A program made the translations under genes and the position numbers. From a virus (lineage: Duplodnaviria > Caudoviricetes): a stretch of 47,030 nucleotides of DNA. The notes beneath the pieces are model-generated. The model saw nothing but the letters and a program-made list of their open reading frames with translations. It had not been told where the DNA came from and did no database searches. The stretch spans positions 1-47,030 of IMG/VR virus record IMGVR_UViG_3300019996_000002; one strand, given 5' to 3'. This document shows positions 1 through 9,781 of this stretch, in pieces; the stretch's first letter is position 1; each line of letters opens with the position of its first letter.

Positions 1-127
1 AGAGCCGGCCGATCAGTGACGCGACGATCCTGTCGGTCTACATCGACCGGAAGGCTCGAGGGATCAAGTAGTGGCGGGCAACGAATACGACGACCTGGTC
101 GAGCAGGTCGCGCAAACGCCGGCGCCG
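1..127. repeat. Terminal direct repeat, identical to 46904-47030 (circular assembly overlap)
   Basis: Bases 1-127 (agagccggcc...gccggcgccg) match 46904-47030 exactly. The repeat spans the junction between the 582-aa gene stop and the giant gene start, so the genome closes into a 46,903-bp circle. Confidence 0.97.
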
Positions 128-3100
128 ACGCCGATCAATCCTTACGACCAGGTGCTCGAGTCGCAGGACGTCGAGCAGCAGCACAAGCTGCGGACGTCCC
201 TGACGCAGCAGGCCGACCAGTCGCCGGACGCGGCGGCCGAGGCGACCAAGCTCGCGCAGCGGACCGGGCTGCCGCTCGACGTCGTCCAGCGCAATCTGCC
301 GGACATGCAGAAGCGCGCGAAGATCGTCGACACACCCTACCGGCAAATGCTGCAAGACACGCCGGCGCTCGCGACCTGGGCCGCGGAGCCGGCGCACGCG
401 GCGGTCAGTCACGACGACATGGAGCAGCTCGGCGCGCTCGACTGGCTGGTCTCGATGCCGAGCCGGGCGATCAGCCAGTCGCTCAACGAGCAAGCGTATG
501 GCGCGCTCCGGACGAAATCGATCTTTCAACCGCTGACGCAGGCCGAGCAGGACCAGATGGCGAGCTACAAGCTGCATGCCCAAATGGGCGGCGAGCTGGG
601 CTCGGGCGATTCGTGGTTCAAGGGCGCGCTAACCAAGTCGATGAAGCTGTTGACGACCCTGATCGCCCCGCAGGCGATCCCGACCGTCGCCGGCGGCGCG
701 GCTGGGGCGGTCGTCGGCGGCGTCGGCGGCTTCGCAGTCGGCGGGCCGGCCGGCGTCATCCCTGGCGCGCTGGCGGTCGGCAAGCTCGGCGCGGAAGCCG
801 GCTACACGTTCGGGCTCGGACAAAGCGCGTTCCAAGTCGCGGCCGGTTCGGCGCTCGACGAGTTCAGCGAGACGACGGACGCCTACGGGCGGAAGCTCGA
901 CCCGGAGGTCGCGAAGGCGCTCGCCGTGACGGCCGGCGCGGTCAACGCTGGGCTCATGGTGTTCGGCGGCAAGGTCATCGCGGCCGGCATGCACGAAGGC
1001 GGGCAGCAGATCGCGAGCCGGCTGACGCAGAACGCGATCAAGGAAGCGATCCGACAGCCGTCCGTCGTCGCAGCGATCGGCCAGATGATGAAGTCCTACG
1101 GCACGACGCTGACCGAGGGAACCGCGCTGATGGTCGCCATGAAGGCCGGCGACATCCTCACGCACGCGATCGCGCAGTCGTCGGGCGAGCGCTCGCCGGT
1201 CGCCGGCCAGCTCACGCCGGGCAACATCGACCTGTTCAAGCAGCCGGCGGTCAAGAACGCGGACGGCTCGATCTCGACCGTCGACAGTTTCAGCGTCAAC
1301 GTCGACGGCAAGGAGGTTCTGCTCCCTACTGTCATGCCGGACGGCCGGCATCTCGACCAGGCCGCGGCGCTCGAGGAGTTCAAGCAGACCGGCCGGAACC
1401 TCGGGACGTTCGACAGCCCGCAGGCGGCCGACGCTTTCGCGCAGCAGCTCCATGAGGACTACGCGGCCGGCAAGTATTCGCAGCCGACCATCGGCGCGCA
1501 GCTCCTGGGCGCAGCCGCGGAAGGCGTCCAGTCGTTCGCGCTGATCGGCCTGGGCGGTCCGGCGATGGGGCTCGCGCGCAACGTCCGCAAGGCGCAGCAG
1601 GCGCAGCGCGGCGTGCAGTTCTTCCAAGCGCTCGGCGAGGGCGTCGAGCAGAGCAAGACGCACAAGCGGCTGCCGGAAGGGATGCAGTCGTTCATCGAGC
1701 ACGCGACCAAGGACGGGCCGGTCGAAAAGGTCTACGCCCCGATCGATACGTGGACGAAATACTGGCAGGACCGGGACGTCGACCCCGCGGCGATGGCGAC
1801 CGAGCTGACCGGCCGGGCGGACGCCTACGAGCAGGCGCGCAAGACCGGCGAGGATCTGGCGATCCCGACCGCGCGCTACGCGACCAAGCTCGCAGCGACG
1901 GAGCACAATGCTTTCTTCGCGCAGGAGCTGCGGCTCGGACCGGACGAACAGAACGGCCGGGAGTCGGCGGCGCTCATCGAGCAGATCCGGAAGTCCGCCG
2001 GCACCGAGACGAAGCCGGAGGAGTCGCCGATCCGGACGGCGCTGCTCGAGCAGCTCACCAAGGCCGGCTATCCGCAGGCGACGGCCGAGCAGATGGCCGA
2101 CCTGTTCAGCTCAGCGACCGGCGAGGGCGTATTCGGCGAGGGCGTCGCGGAGCGCGGCGGCGAGCTGGGCCGCGGCGGCGAGGACATCAGCAAGTTCTAC
2201 GAGCGCTACGGGCTGAAGGTCAGCCGTCCGGAAATTGAGACACCTGGCGGAATCTCGAAACCGGACGGGACGCCGCCGGCGCCTGGCGAGGCTGGCGGGC
2301 CTGTGGCGATCGGCGAGGCGGCCGTAGGGGAGGGGCTCCCGCTCGGCGAGGCGCCTGTAGACCGTCCTGAGCCTGCAGGGGCTCCGGCCGAGGTTCAACG
2401 GGCTGCCGCCGACCTGAGCGGGCCGGCCGGCGCCGTGCACGACGTGCTGGTCGACCCGGCGATCGCGGCAGCCGAGGCCGCGCTGCGGTCAGAAGCCCTA
2501 CCGGCCGGCACCAAGGACCGGCTCCGCGAGCAGGGGCTGACGCCGGAGCAGATAGACGGCATGACGCCGGCCGAAGCCGCGGACGCACTCAAGGGCAAGG
2601 TCGCAGTCGGCAAGCAGATCCCGGGCGCGCGGCCGGTCAGCGACTACTCGCCGGCGGACCTGGCGAACGAGGCGACGCGCGTCCGCGAGATGGCGTCGGC
2701 GCGGCGGCTCGAGAAGGGACCGCGCGAGCGAGTTCTTGACAGAAAGTCAGACGCGGAACAGAATCCGGAGAACTACCTCAATGCCGAAGCTCGGAAGCCT
2801 GCCCCCGCTGAAGAAGGGCAACGACCTGCAGACCTTGCGGGACAACAGCCTGGCGCTGATGTCCGCGGGGATGGAGAAGGGCGAGGCGATGGCGACGTCG
2901 CTCAACCTGGCAGGACTACGCCCCGCGGCATCCCCGAAATCGACGAAGTCTTTAGGCGCGAAGACAAAGAAGCCACAACCGCCCGACTGACCCCGGAGGT
3001 CGAGCGCAATTTGCGCTGGATCCTCGAGGAGCTGGTCAACTTCCCATTCATCGAGGCGAGTTGGCACTGGCTCACCGATGAGAACGCGGCGAGGGGCAAG

Positions 3101-6100
3101 AGCGGCAACGCCGCCGGCGGCAACGCGAACAAGACGCCGGCGATGGGCGGCGCTCCGGTCTTCAACGACGTCATCGGCTACAGCCCGGTCAACGAGCGCA
3201 CGGTCAAGGGCGAGAAGGTTCCAGCGCGCGACGTCCACGGCTCAAGGAACGACGTCCGCGGCGCGATCGAGAAGCTGCTCGAGACGGGCCACGTCACAAG
3301 CAATCTGATGGAGGGCGCGCTCCGCGTCGCCGAGAACCGCAACGCCGGCAACTGGCGCGATCTGGAACGGCCGATGATCCCGCCACCGTGGGGCGAGCCG
3401 GTAACGCGCGAGTTCACGGACGCGCTCGCCGACGCGATCGACCAGGCCGACAAGCCGGGCGACATGAAAGCCGAGGCCGGCATCGAGCAGGACAGTCTCG
3501 AGACGGCCGAAGGCGATACGTCGTTCGACATCACCGAGTTCAGCCAGTCGCTGTTTGACGCGCTCGAGGATCCGGACCCGACCAAGGAGGAGTTAACCAA
3601 GGTCGACCGGCTCGAGACGGGCGAGCTGCAGCCGCGGCTGCCGGTTGCCGGCGACGTGCGCGAGCAGAACGTCCAGACGCCGGCGTTCGAGGCGCCGTTC
3701 TCCCTGACGTCGGAAGTGTCGACGCAGAAGGGCAAGCAGACCACGCTGTTTCAAGAGCCGGCGCCGGTCACACAGGCGTCGCTCGACCAATTCGCGGAGC
3801 AGGTCAAGGCCGGGCACGGGACCGACGTCGACCGCTTCCAGCTCGCGCTGAACCGCAACGGCGACATCGCGCTCGAGTGGATCATCATCGACCGCGGCGC
3901 GCAGCGGGCCGGCGTCGGCTCGGACGTCATGCGGCAGCTCACGCGCTACGCGGACGCGAACGGCCGGCGGATCCTGCTCTCGCCGGCGGAAGACGCCGGC
4001 AGCACGCGATCGCGCCTGGTCAATTTTTACAAGCGCTTCGGGTTCGTCGAGAACAAGGGACGCGATCGCGACTTCAGCACACGTGCCGGCATGTATCGCG
4101 ATCCCAACGCCGGCGGCAACCTGGGACAGCCACTATTCCACGGCTCCCCGCACGATTTCGAGCGGTTCAGCCTCGAGCACGTCGGCACCGGCGAGGGCGC
4201 GGCGAGCTACGGACACGGTCTCTATTTCGCTGAAAATCCGGCAGTCGCGGCCAACTACCACGATCAACTGAGCGAGGGGCGCGACGTCGTCTCGCTGAAG
4301 CTGGGCAAGATGAAGCTCCGCGCGCCGGAGCTGGACTACACCAAGAACGCGCACATCAACGACGTCGAGAACATTCGCGCGGCGATCGCTGAGGATCTGC
4401 TCGCGAGTCCGCTCGACATGAACGCAGCCGGCGAGGGCGGATTTAGGGATCACGTCCTGGCGATGGTCGACCAGCGGATCGCCGACTACGAAAAGGAGTA
4501 TCCGGAGGGCGTCGCGGCGGCGAAGAAACTCCGCGCCGAGCTGGAAAAGCCTGGCGCGCTGGCGGTCGAGTTCACGAAGACGACCGGCGGCGTCTACCAG
4601 GTCGACATCCCTGACGCGCATATCGACAAGATGCTCGATTGGGACGCGCCGCTCGATGAGCAGCCGGCGGCCGTGCAGCAGCTCGCCAAGGATCTGAAGC
4701 TGTCGCCGGCGCTGATTGGGCTCGAGCACGTCGAGGACGGTTGGCAGATCACCTATGACGGTCAGCCGGTCGGCGTGCCATACAACCGCGAGCAGGACGC
4801 CCGATCGCGCATGCGCTCAGGCTTCCGGCTCGATAGCGGCGATTCAGTCGTCGGCGCCACCGGCGAGGGCGTCTACCATGCGCTGACCGCGGCGCTCGAG
4901 GCGAAGCGAACAAAGAAACTCGTCGCCGAGCGGACCGCGCTCGAGGCGAAGCACTTTCGAGAAGGCCAATACAGCGGAGCGTCGCGCGAGTCGATCATGC
5001 GCGGCACGTCGGACTGGACACGCTGGAACGCGATTGATCTCGAGTTGGAGACGATCAACCGCGGCGCGGCGAAAGAGGCGAGCGACAAGCTGGCCGCGGC
5101 CGGCGTCCCTGGCTTGCGGTATCTCGACCAGGGCTCGAGGGACACCGGCGAGGGAACACGCAATGTCGTCGTCTTCGACGACTCGATCGTCACACTGACG
5201 CACAAGGACGGGAAGCCGTTCACGCCGGCGGAGCGGAAAGAGTTTTTCCAAGGCGGCGGCGGGCCGGAGGAGGGCGCGACGCCGGAGCAACGTCGCGGCG
5301 CGATCCGCTTCGGACCGGATCGGCAGTTCTCGATCGACCTGCTCGAGAAGGCCGATCTGTCGACGTTCCTCCATGAGTCGGGCCATTTCTTCCTCGAGGT
5401 GTTCGGCGACATCGCGGACAACCTGATGGCGGCCGACCCGGAGACGCTGACCGACCAGCAAAAGCATGTGCTCAGCGACTACGGCGTGCTCCTGCAGCAC
5501 CTGGGCGTCGAGAACCGCGGCGAGATCGGCACACCGCAGCATGAGCAGTTCGCGCGATCGTTCGAGGCGTATCTCATGGAGGGCAAGGCGCCGAGCCTCT
5601 CCATGCGGACCCCGTTCGCGCGCTTCCGCGCCTGGCTGACCGGCATCTATCGATCGTTGAAGAACCTCAACGTCCGGCTGACACCTGAAGTCACCGGCGT
5701 CATGGATCGGCTGCTCGCGAGCGACCAGGCGATCAAGGACGCGGAAGCGCAGCGCGGCGTCGAGCCGATGTTCTCGACCGCGGAGTCGGCCGGCATGGAG
5801 CCGAGCGAGTTCGCACTCTACGCGCGCACGATCGCGGACGCATCGAAGGAAGCGCGCGAGACGCTCGACCGCAAGCTGCTCGCCGAAGTGCATCGCGAGC
5901 AACAGGCCGAATGGAAGGCACGGCGCGGCGAGGTCAAGCTCGAGGTCGCCGACCAGGTGCAGCGCCGGCCGGAGTATCAGGCGATCAGCGCCATGCTCGA
6001 CGGCACGAATCCGGACGGCTCGCCATTGGTCGAGGGGCTGACGACGCCCCCGCTGAAGCTCGATCGCAAGCTGCTCGAGGAGATGTTCGGCAAGGACCGC

Positions 6101-9100
6101 GTCAAGCGGCTGCCTCGAGGCATCATCGCGGCCGGCGAGGGCGTCAACCCCGACCTGGTCGCAAGCATGTATGGCTACTCGAGCGCCGACGCAATGCTGA
6201 CCGCGGTCGAGAAGGCTCCGCCGATGCGCGACGTCATCGAGCAGCAGACGAAGCGGCGCATGATCGAGGAGCACGGCTCGATCCTGTTGGATGGCACGCT
6301 GCCGGCGGAAGCACAGGCGAGCGTCGCGAACGAGACGCGCGACGCCGTCATCCGTGCGGAGATGCGCGCGCTGGGCCGGAAGCGGCGCGAGGTCGACCCG
6401 TTCGTCAAGGCGGAGCGCGCGAAGGGACGCGACGCGCTGGCGGCCGAGAAGGCGGAACGCGACTACGAGCGGCGATGGTTCGAGGCGGAGGCGAAGCTCC
6501 GGATCGCGATCGCCGAAGGACACAAGCAGGTCGAGATCGACGCGCTGACGACCGAGGTCCGGCAGCTCAAGGCGCAAGCGCGCGGCGGCGCGGCGGTCAT
6601 TCGCGCGGCGATCCCTGACGCGGACACCGTCAAGGCCGCGGCGCTCGAGCGCGTCGCCGGGACCAAGGTCCGCGATCTCAATCCGGCGGCGTTCTGGTCT
6701 GCCTCGAGGCGAGCCGGCACGCAGGCGCTCGAGAAGGCGGCGCGGCAAGACTTCGACGGCGCGATCACGGCCAAGTCGCAGGAGCTGATCAACCTGGCGA
6801 TCTACCGCGAGATGGAGCGCGCGAAGTCGGACGCGGACGCACGCGCGCGCTACGCGCAGGGGCTGACCAGCAAGGCGGCGCGCGAGCGGCTGGGCAAGGC
6901 CGGCGGTTCGTATCTCGACCAGGTCGACGGCGTGCTCGACCGCTACGAGTTCGCGCGCGTCTCGCAGAAGGCGCTCGACCGGCGGGCTCGGATCAAGGAT
7001 TGGGTCGATGGGCTGCACGCGCAGGGGCTGCCGGTTGAGGGGCTGACGCAGGAGCTGCTCGACGACAGCCGGCGGATCAACTGGAAGGAGACGACCGTCG
7101 CCGAGCTGACCGGCGTCACAGACGGGCTCAAGCAGATCGAGCACCTGGCGCGGCTCAAGAATCGGCTACTCAAGGCGGCCGACAAACGCGAGTTCGAGGC
7201 CGTGCGCGACGGCGTCGCCGATGGGATCCGCGCCAACCTGAAGGAACGGCCGAAGCTGCTCGAGGTCAGGCCGGCCGACCAGGCGAAGCGAATCGCCGGC
7301 GACTACTTCGCGTCGCATCGGAAACTCGCGAGCCTGGCGCAGATGATGGACGGCCACGTCGACGGCGGTCCCATGTGGGAGGCGTTCATCCGGCCGATCA
7401 ACGAAGCCGGGCACCTCGAGGAGACGCGGCGGGCAGAAGCCGGCGGCGCCTACATGAAGATCCTCGACGAGCACTACCCTGGTCGAGAGATCCTCCGGCT
7501 GAACGAGAAGCTGCACATCCCCGCGATTGACGGCAGCCTGAGCCTCGAGGGCCGCCTGGCCGTCGCGCAGCTCTGGGGCTCCGAGACCGGGCGCGAGCGG
7601 CTGACTAACGATCCGTATCGGAAATGGAACGAGCAGCAAGTCCTGGCGATCCTCGACACGCTCGACAAACGCGATTGGGATTTCGTCGCGGCGCACTGGC
7701 AGAACCTCGATAGCTTCTGGTCAGAGATTGCGGCGAAGCAGGAGCGCGTCACGGGCCTGGCGCCGGAGAAGGTCGACCCGCTGCCGGTCCAAACGAAGTT
7801 TGGCGAGTATCCCGGCGGCTACTCTCCGCTCGCCTACGATGGCCGCTTCAGCGTCCGCGCCGGCCAGAACGAGGCGGCGTCGCAGGCGAAGCTGACCAGC
7901 TACTCGCCCTATGTGCAGAACACGACCAAGCGCGGATTCGTCGAGCAGCGCGTCAAGCACGTCGGGCTGCCGGTCCGGCTCGAGCTGTCGGTCGGCTTTC
8001 AGCACATCGACGAAGTCATCCACGATCTGACCCATCACGAAATGCTGATCGACGTCACGCGGCTGCTCCGCGATCCGAAGGTCTCGAGCGCGATGATGGA
8101 GACGGCCGGCGACATCGTCTACCAGCAATTCACGCGCGGGATTCAGGACATCGCGATCGGCTCGACGCCGGCCGCGCGCAACGTCGGCGAGAAGGCGGCG
8201 AATTTCCTCCGGTCGCGGACGCAGCTCGCGCTGCTCGGGCTCAACCTCTGGACCGGGCTGCAGCAGCCGCTCGGCGTCTTCAACGGTATGGACCGCGTCG
8301 GCGTCAAGTGGGTCGCGAAGGGCATGGGGCGCTGGCTGCGGGACGCGGCGAGCATGGAGAAGACGACCACATGGATCGCCGAGGTCTCGCCGATGATGCG
8401 CGAGCGCGTCACGTCGGGCACGCAGGATCTGCACGACTTGCGCGCGGCGTTCAACAAGCCGGGCGGTTGGTTCGACAAAATGGTCCGGACGGTCAGCAAC
8501 GACAAGCTGACGCAGCAGGCGATCGTCGACGGCTACCTCTGGCACATCGGGATCGCGCAGCGCGTCGCCGACGTCCCGACCTGGCTCGGCGGCTATGAGA
8601 AGGCGATGGCGGCGCCGATGGAGAGCCGGAGCGCGGCGGAGCATGAGAGCCGGGCGATCGCGCTGGCCGACCAGGCGGTCCTCGACTCGCAGGGCGGCGG
8701 GCAGGTCAAAGACCTGGCGCAGATCCAACGCGGCGGACCCTACGCCCGGCTGTTCATGACGTTCTACAGCTACGGCAACACGGTCCTCAACGCGACGGCG
8801 CGCAACGTCGAGCGGACCAACTTCCGATCGCCGGCGTCCGTCATGACCTTTCTCGGGCACATGAGTCTGCTCTACGTCCTGCCGGCGCTCGGAACGGCGA
8901 CGCTCGCGTGTGGGTTCGGCAAGAAGCCGTGCAAGGATGCCGGCGACTTTCTGGCGACGGCCGGCGGCGAGATGCTGTCGACCAGCATGAACACGATGGT
9001 CTACGTTCGCGAGCTGGCCGGCGCGGCGGCGATCGCGACCGGCGGCGACGCCGGCGCGCGCGGCTACGGCGGACCGGCGGCGCTCCGGCCGTTCGAGTGG

Positions 9101-9304
9101 GCTCGGCAGCTCTCCCAGCAAGTCAACCAGAAGAAGGCCGACGAGGGGCTTTGGCACGCGGCGAACAATGTCGCCGGCTTCCTGTTCAAGTATCCGGCGG
9201 CGCAAGTGCAGCGCACGATCGACGGTTACATCGCACTCTCAGAAGGACGGACATCCAACCCGGGCGCGCTCCTAGTCGGACCGCCCCCGAAGAACAAAAA
9301 ATGA
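71..9304 (+). CDS. Giant internal virion/DNA ejection polyvalent protein (3077 aa) with GNAT, ART-like and zincin metallopeptidase domains
   Basis: GTG start overlaps the upstream TAG (TAGTG). It is the last of three internal-virion genes after the nozzle. Motifs: GNAT (QRAGVGS...LVNFYKRFGF, about 3800-4100), ART-like (FHGS...GTGEG...GLYF...NVVVFDD, about 4130-5195), HESGH at 5372-5386 with downstream HEQFARSFEAY. Confidence 0.85.
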   Translation: MAGNEYDDLVEQVAQTPAPTPINPYDQVLESQDVEQQHKLRTSLTQQADQSPDAAAEATKLAQRTGLPLDVVQRNLPDMQKRAKIVDTPYRQMLQDTPALATWAAEPAHAAVSHDDMEQLGALDWLVSMPSRAISQSLNEQAYGALRTKSIFQPLTQAEQDQMASYKLHAQMGGELGSGDSWFKGALTKSMKLLTTLIAPQAIPTVAGGAAGAVVGGVGGFAVGGPAGVIPGALAVGKLGAEAGYTFGLGQSAFQVAAGSALDEFSETTDAYGRKLDPEVAKALAVTAGAVNAGLMVFGGKVIAAGMHEGGQQIASRLTQNAIKEAIRQPSVVAAIGQMMKSYGTTLTEGTALMVAMKAGDILTHAIAQSSGERSPVAGQLTPGNIDLFKQPAVKNADGSISTVDSFSVNVDGKEVLLPTVMPDGRHLDQAAALEEFKQTGRNLGTFDSPQAADAFAQQLHEDYAAGKYSQPTIGAQLLGAAAEGVQSFALIGLGGPAMGLARNVRKAQQAQRGVQFFQALGEGVEQSKTHKRLPEGMQSFIEHATKDGPVEKVYAPIDTWTKYWQDRDVDPAAMATELTGRADAYEQARKTGEDLAIPTARYATKLAATEHNAFFAQELRLGPDEQNGRESAALIEQIRKSAGTETKPEESPIRTALLEQLTKAGYPQATAEQMADLFSSATGEGVFGEGVAERGGELGRGGEDISKFYERYGLKVSRPEIETPGGISKPDGTPPAPGEAGGPVAIGEAAVGEGLPLGEAPVDRPEPAGAPAEVQRAAADLSGPAGAVHDVLVDPAIAAAEAALRSEALPAGTKDRLREQGLTPEQIDGMTPAEAADALKGKVAVGKQIPGARPVSDYSPADLANEATRVREMASARRLEKGPRERVLDRKSDAEQNPENYLNAEARKPAPAEEGQRPADLAGQQPGADVRGDGEGRGDGDVAQPGRTTPRGIPEIDEVFRREDKEATTARLTPEVERNLRWILEELVNFPFIEASWHWLTDENAARGKSGNAAGGNANKTPAMGGAPVFNDVIGYSPVNERTVKGEKVPARDVHGSRNDVRGAIEKLLETGHVTSNLMEGALRVAENRNAGNWRDLERPMIPPPWGEPVTREFTDALADAIDQADKPGDMKAEAGIEQDSLETAEGDTSFDITEFSQSLFDALEDPDPTKEELTKVDRLETGELQPRLPVAGDVREQNVQTPAFEAPFSLTSEVSTQKGKQTTLFQEPAPVTQASLDQFAEQVKAGHGTDVDRFQLALNRNGDIALEWIIIDRGAQRAGVGSDVMRQLTRYADANGRRILLSPAEDAGSTRSRLVNFYKRFGFVENKGRDRDFSTRAGMYRDPNAGGNLGQPLFHGSPHDFERFSLEHVGTGEGAASYGHGLYFAENPAVAANYHDQLSEGRDVVSLKLGKMKLRAPELDYTKNAHINDVENIRAAIAEDLLASPLDMNAAGEGGFRDHVLAMVDQRIADYEKEYPEGVAAAKKLRAELEKPGALAVEFTKTTGGVYQVDIPDAHIDKMLDWDAPLDEQPAAVQQLAKDLKLSPALIGLEHVEDGWQITYDGQPVGVPYNREQDARSRMRSGFRLDSGDSVVGATGEGVYHALTAALEAKRTKKLVAERTALEAKHFREGQYSGASRESIMRGTSDWTRWNAIDLELETINRGAAKEASDKLAAAGVPGLRYLDQGSRDTGEGTRNVVVFDDSIVTLTHKDGKPFTPAERKEFFQGGGGPEEGATPEQRRGAIRFGPDRQFSIDLLEKADLSTFLHESGHFFLEVFGDIADNLMAADPETLTDQQKHVLSDYGVLLQHLGVENRGEIGTPQHEQFARSFEAYLMEGKAPSLSMRTPFARFRAWLTGIYRSLKNLNVRLTPEVTGVMDRLLASDQAIKDAEAQRGVEPMFSTAESAGMEPSEFALYARTIADASKEARETLDRKLLAEVHREQQAEWKARRGEVKLEVADQVQRRPEYQAISAMLDGTNPDGSPLVEGLTTPPLKLDRKLLEEMFGKDRVKRLPRGIIAAGEGVNPDLVASMYGYSSADAMLTAVEKAPPMRDVIEQQTKRRMIEEHGSILLDGTLPAEAQASVANETRDAVIRAEMRALGRKRREVDPFVKAERAKGRDALAAEKAERDYERRWFEAEAKLRIAIAEGHKQVEIDALTTEVRQLKAQARGGAAVIRAAIPDADTVKAAALERVAGTKVRDLNPAAFWSASRRAGTQALEKAARQDFDGAITAKSQELINLAIYREMERAKSDADARARYAQGLTSKAARERLGKAGGSYLDQVDGVLDRYEFARVSQKALDRRARIKDWVDGLHAQGLPVEGLTQELLDDSRRINWKETTVAELTGVTDGLKQIEHLARLKNRLLKAADKREFEAVRDGVADGIRANLKERPKLLEVRPADQAKRIAGDYFASHRKLASLAQMMDGHVDGGPMWEAFIRPINEAGHLEETRRAEAGGAYMKILDEHYPGREILRLNEKLHIPAIDGSLSLEGRLAVAQLWGSETGRERLTNDPYRKWNEQQVLAILDTLDKRDWDFVAAHWQNLDSFWSEIAAKQERVTGLAPEKVDPLPVQTKFGEYPGGYSPLAYDGRFSVRAGQNEAASQAKLTSYSPYVQNTTKRGFVEQRVKHVGLPVRLELSVGFQHIDEVIHDLTHHEMLIDVTRLLRDPKVSSAMMETAGDIVYQQFTRGIQDIAIGSTPAARNVGEKAANFLRSRTQLALLGLNLWTGLQQPLGVFNGMDRVGVKWVAKGMGRWLRDAASMEKTTTWIAEVSPMMRERVTSGTQDLHDLRAAFNKPGGWFDKMVRTVSNDKLTQQAIVDGYLWHIGIAQRVADVPTWLGGYEKAMAAPMESRSAAEHESRAIALADQAVLDSQGGGQVKDLAQIQRGGPYARLFMTFYSYGNTVLNATARNVERTNFRSPASVMTFLGHMSLLYVLPALGTATLACGFGKKPCKDAGDFLATAGGEMLSTSMNTMVYVRELAGAAAIATGGDAGARGYGGPAALRPFEWARQLSQQVNQKKADEGLWHAANNVAGFLFKYPAAQVQRTIDGYIALSEGRTSNPGALLVGPPPKNKK
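2730..2770 (+). promoter_or_regulatory. Internal promoter, operator and RBS within the giant gene
   Basis: TTGACA (2736-2741), 17 bp, CAGAAT (2759-2764). Operator-like palindrome GAGTTCTTG-A-CAGAAAGTC at 2730-2748. GGAG at 2767-2770 before ATG 2781. Confidence 0.65.
2781..2990 (+). CDS. Overprinted small basic protein (69 aa), MPLKKG-type phage family
   Basis: Lies in the +1 frame inside the giant gene and has its own promoter and RBS. PLKKG-x4-T-x2-N-x4-M-x-AG-x5-A-x-A-x2-L pattern matches the common small phage proteins of the MPLKKG...NI...AG...QAVAIAL type. Confidence 0.65.
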   Translation: MPKLGSLPPLKKGNDLQTLRDNSLALMSAGMEKGEAMATSLNLAGLRPAASPKSTKSLGAKTKKPQPPD

Positions 9305-9310
9305 TTCGGC

Positions 9311-9781
9311 ATGGAAGACGCAAGCGAAACCCTGGGACCGGCGACAATGACCAATGAGGAGCTAACGGAGCGCGTCATCCGGCTCGAGGAGTGCCAGCGC
9401 AAGATCATCGAGCACCGAGGCATCCTCGACAGCCTGGCGTCGCAGCTCGAGCAAGGCATCCGACCGCGGATCCACAATCTGAACGACGAGCTGCAGCTCC
9501 ACCGGCTTTCGATCAAGGAGCACGACATAGTGCTAGGTATGCTCAAAACCGACATTGCGCTGATGCGCGCGACCGCGGCGACCAGGGAGCAACTCGAGAC
9601 CGGGCTCAAGTCGGTCGGCGAGAAGATCGAGAACGTCCACACGCAGACCGATCTCAAGCTGGACGCGATCAAGGAGACGCTCGACCCGCTGAAGCGCGGG
9701 ATCTATTGGGTCGTTACGGTCATCGTCGGCGCCGTGATCCTGGCCGTCATCGGCCTGGCGCTGCGAGGCGGCAAGCCATGA
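9311..9781 (+). CDS. Coiled-coil protein with C-terminal transmembrane helix (holin/lysis-module candidate)
   Basis: Heptad-rich body followed by GIYWVVTVIVGAVILAVIGLALRGG. Follows the last virion gene. Confidence 0.55.
   Translation: MEDASETLGPATMTNEELTERVIRLEECQRKIIEHRGILDSLASQLEQGIRPRIHNLNDELQLHRLSIKEHDIVLGMLKTDIALMRATAATREQLETGLKSVGEKIENVHTQTDLKLDAIKETLDPLKRGIYWVVTVIVGAVILAVIGLALRGGKP

Noticed and set aside
1-127. 127-bp terminal repeat as a biological direct terminal repeat
   Set aside because: It cuts through coding sequence and equals a common assembler k-mer length, so it is best explained as circular assembly overlap.
16-1455. Long alternative-frame plus-strand ORFs (479 aa here; also 38778-40286 and the 5-prime part of 27712-28617)
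   Set aside because: Arg/Gly/Ala-rich frame shadows typical of GC3-biased genes; unlike 2781-2990 they have no promoter, RBS or family resemblance.
2111-2440. Possible antisense gene in the atypical-codon linker of the giant gene
   Set aside because: Codon usage is odd here, but the minus-strand product has no recognisable features or expression signals.
4844-7144. Long minus-strand ORFs (766 aa here; also 629-1906, 7721-9205, 31630-32865, 35427-36599, 41536-43218)
   Set aside because: Antisense shadows of high-GC coding genes; Arg/Leu/Val-rich with no motifs or RBS.
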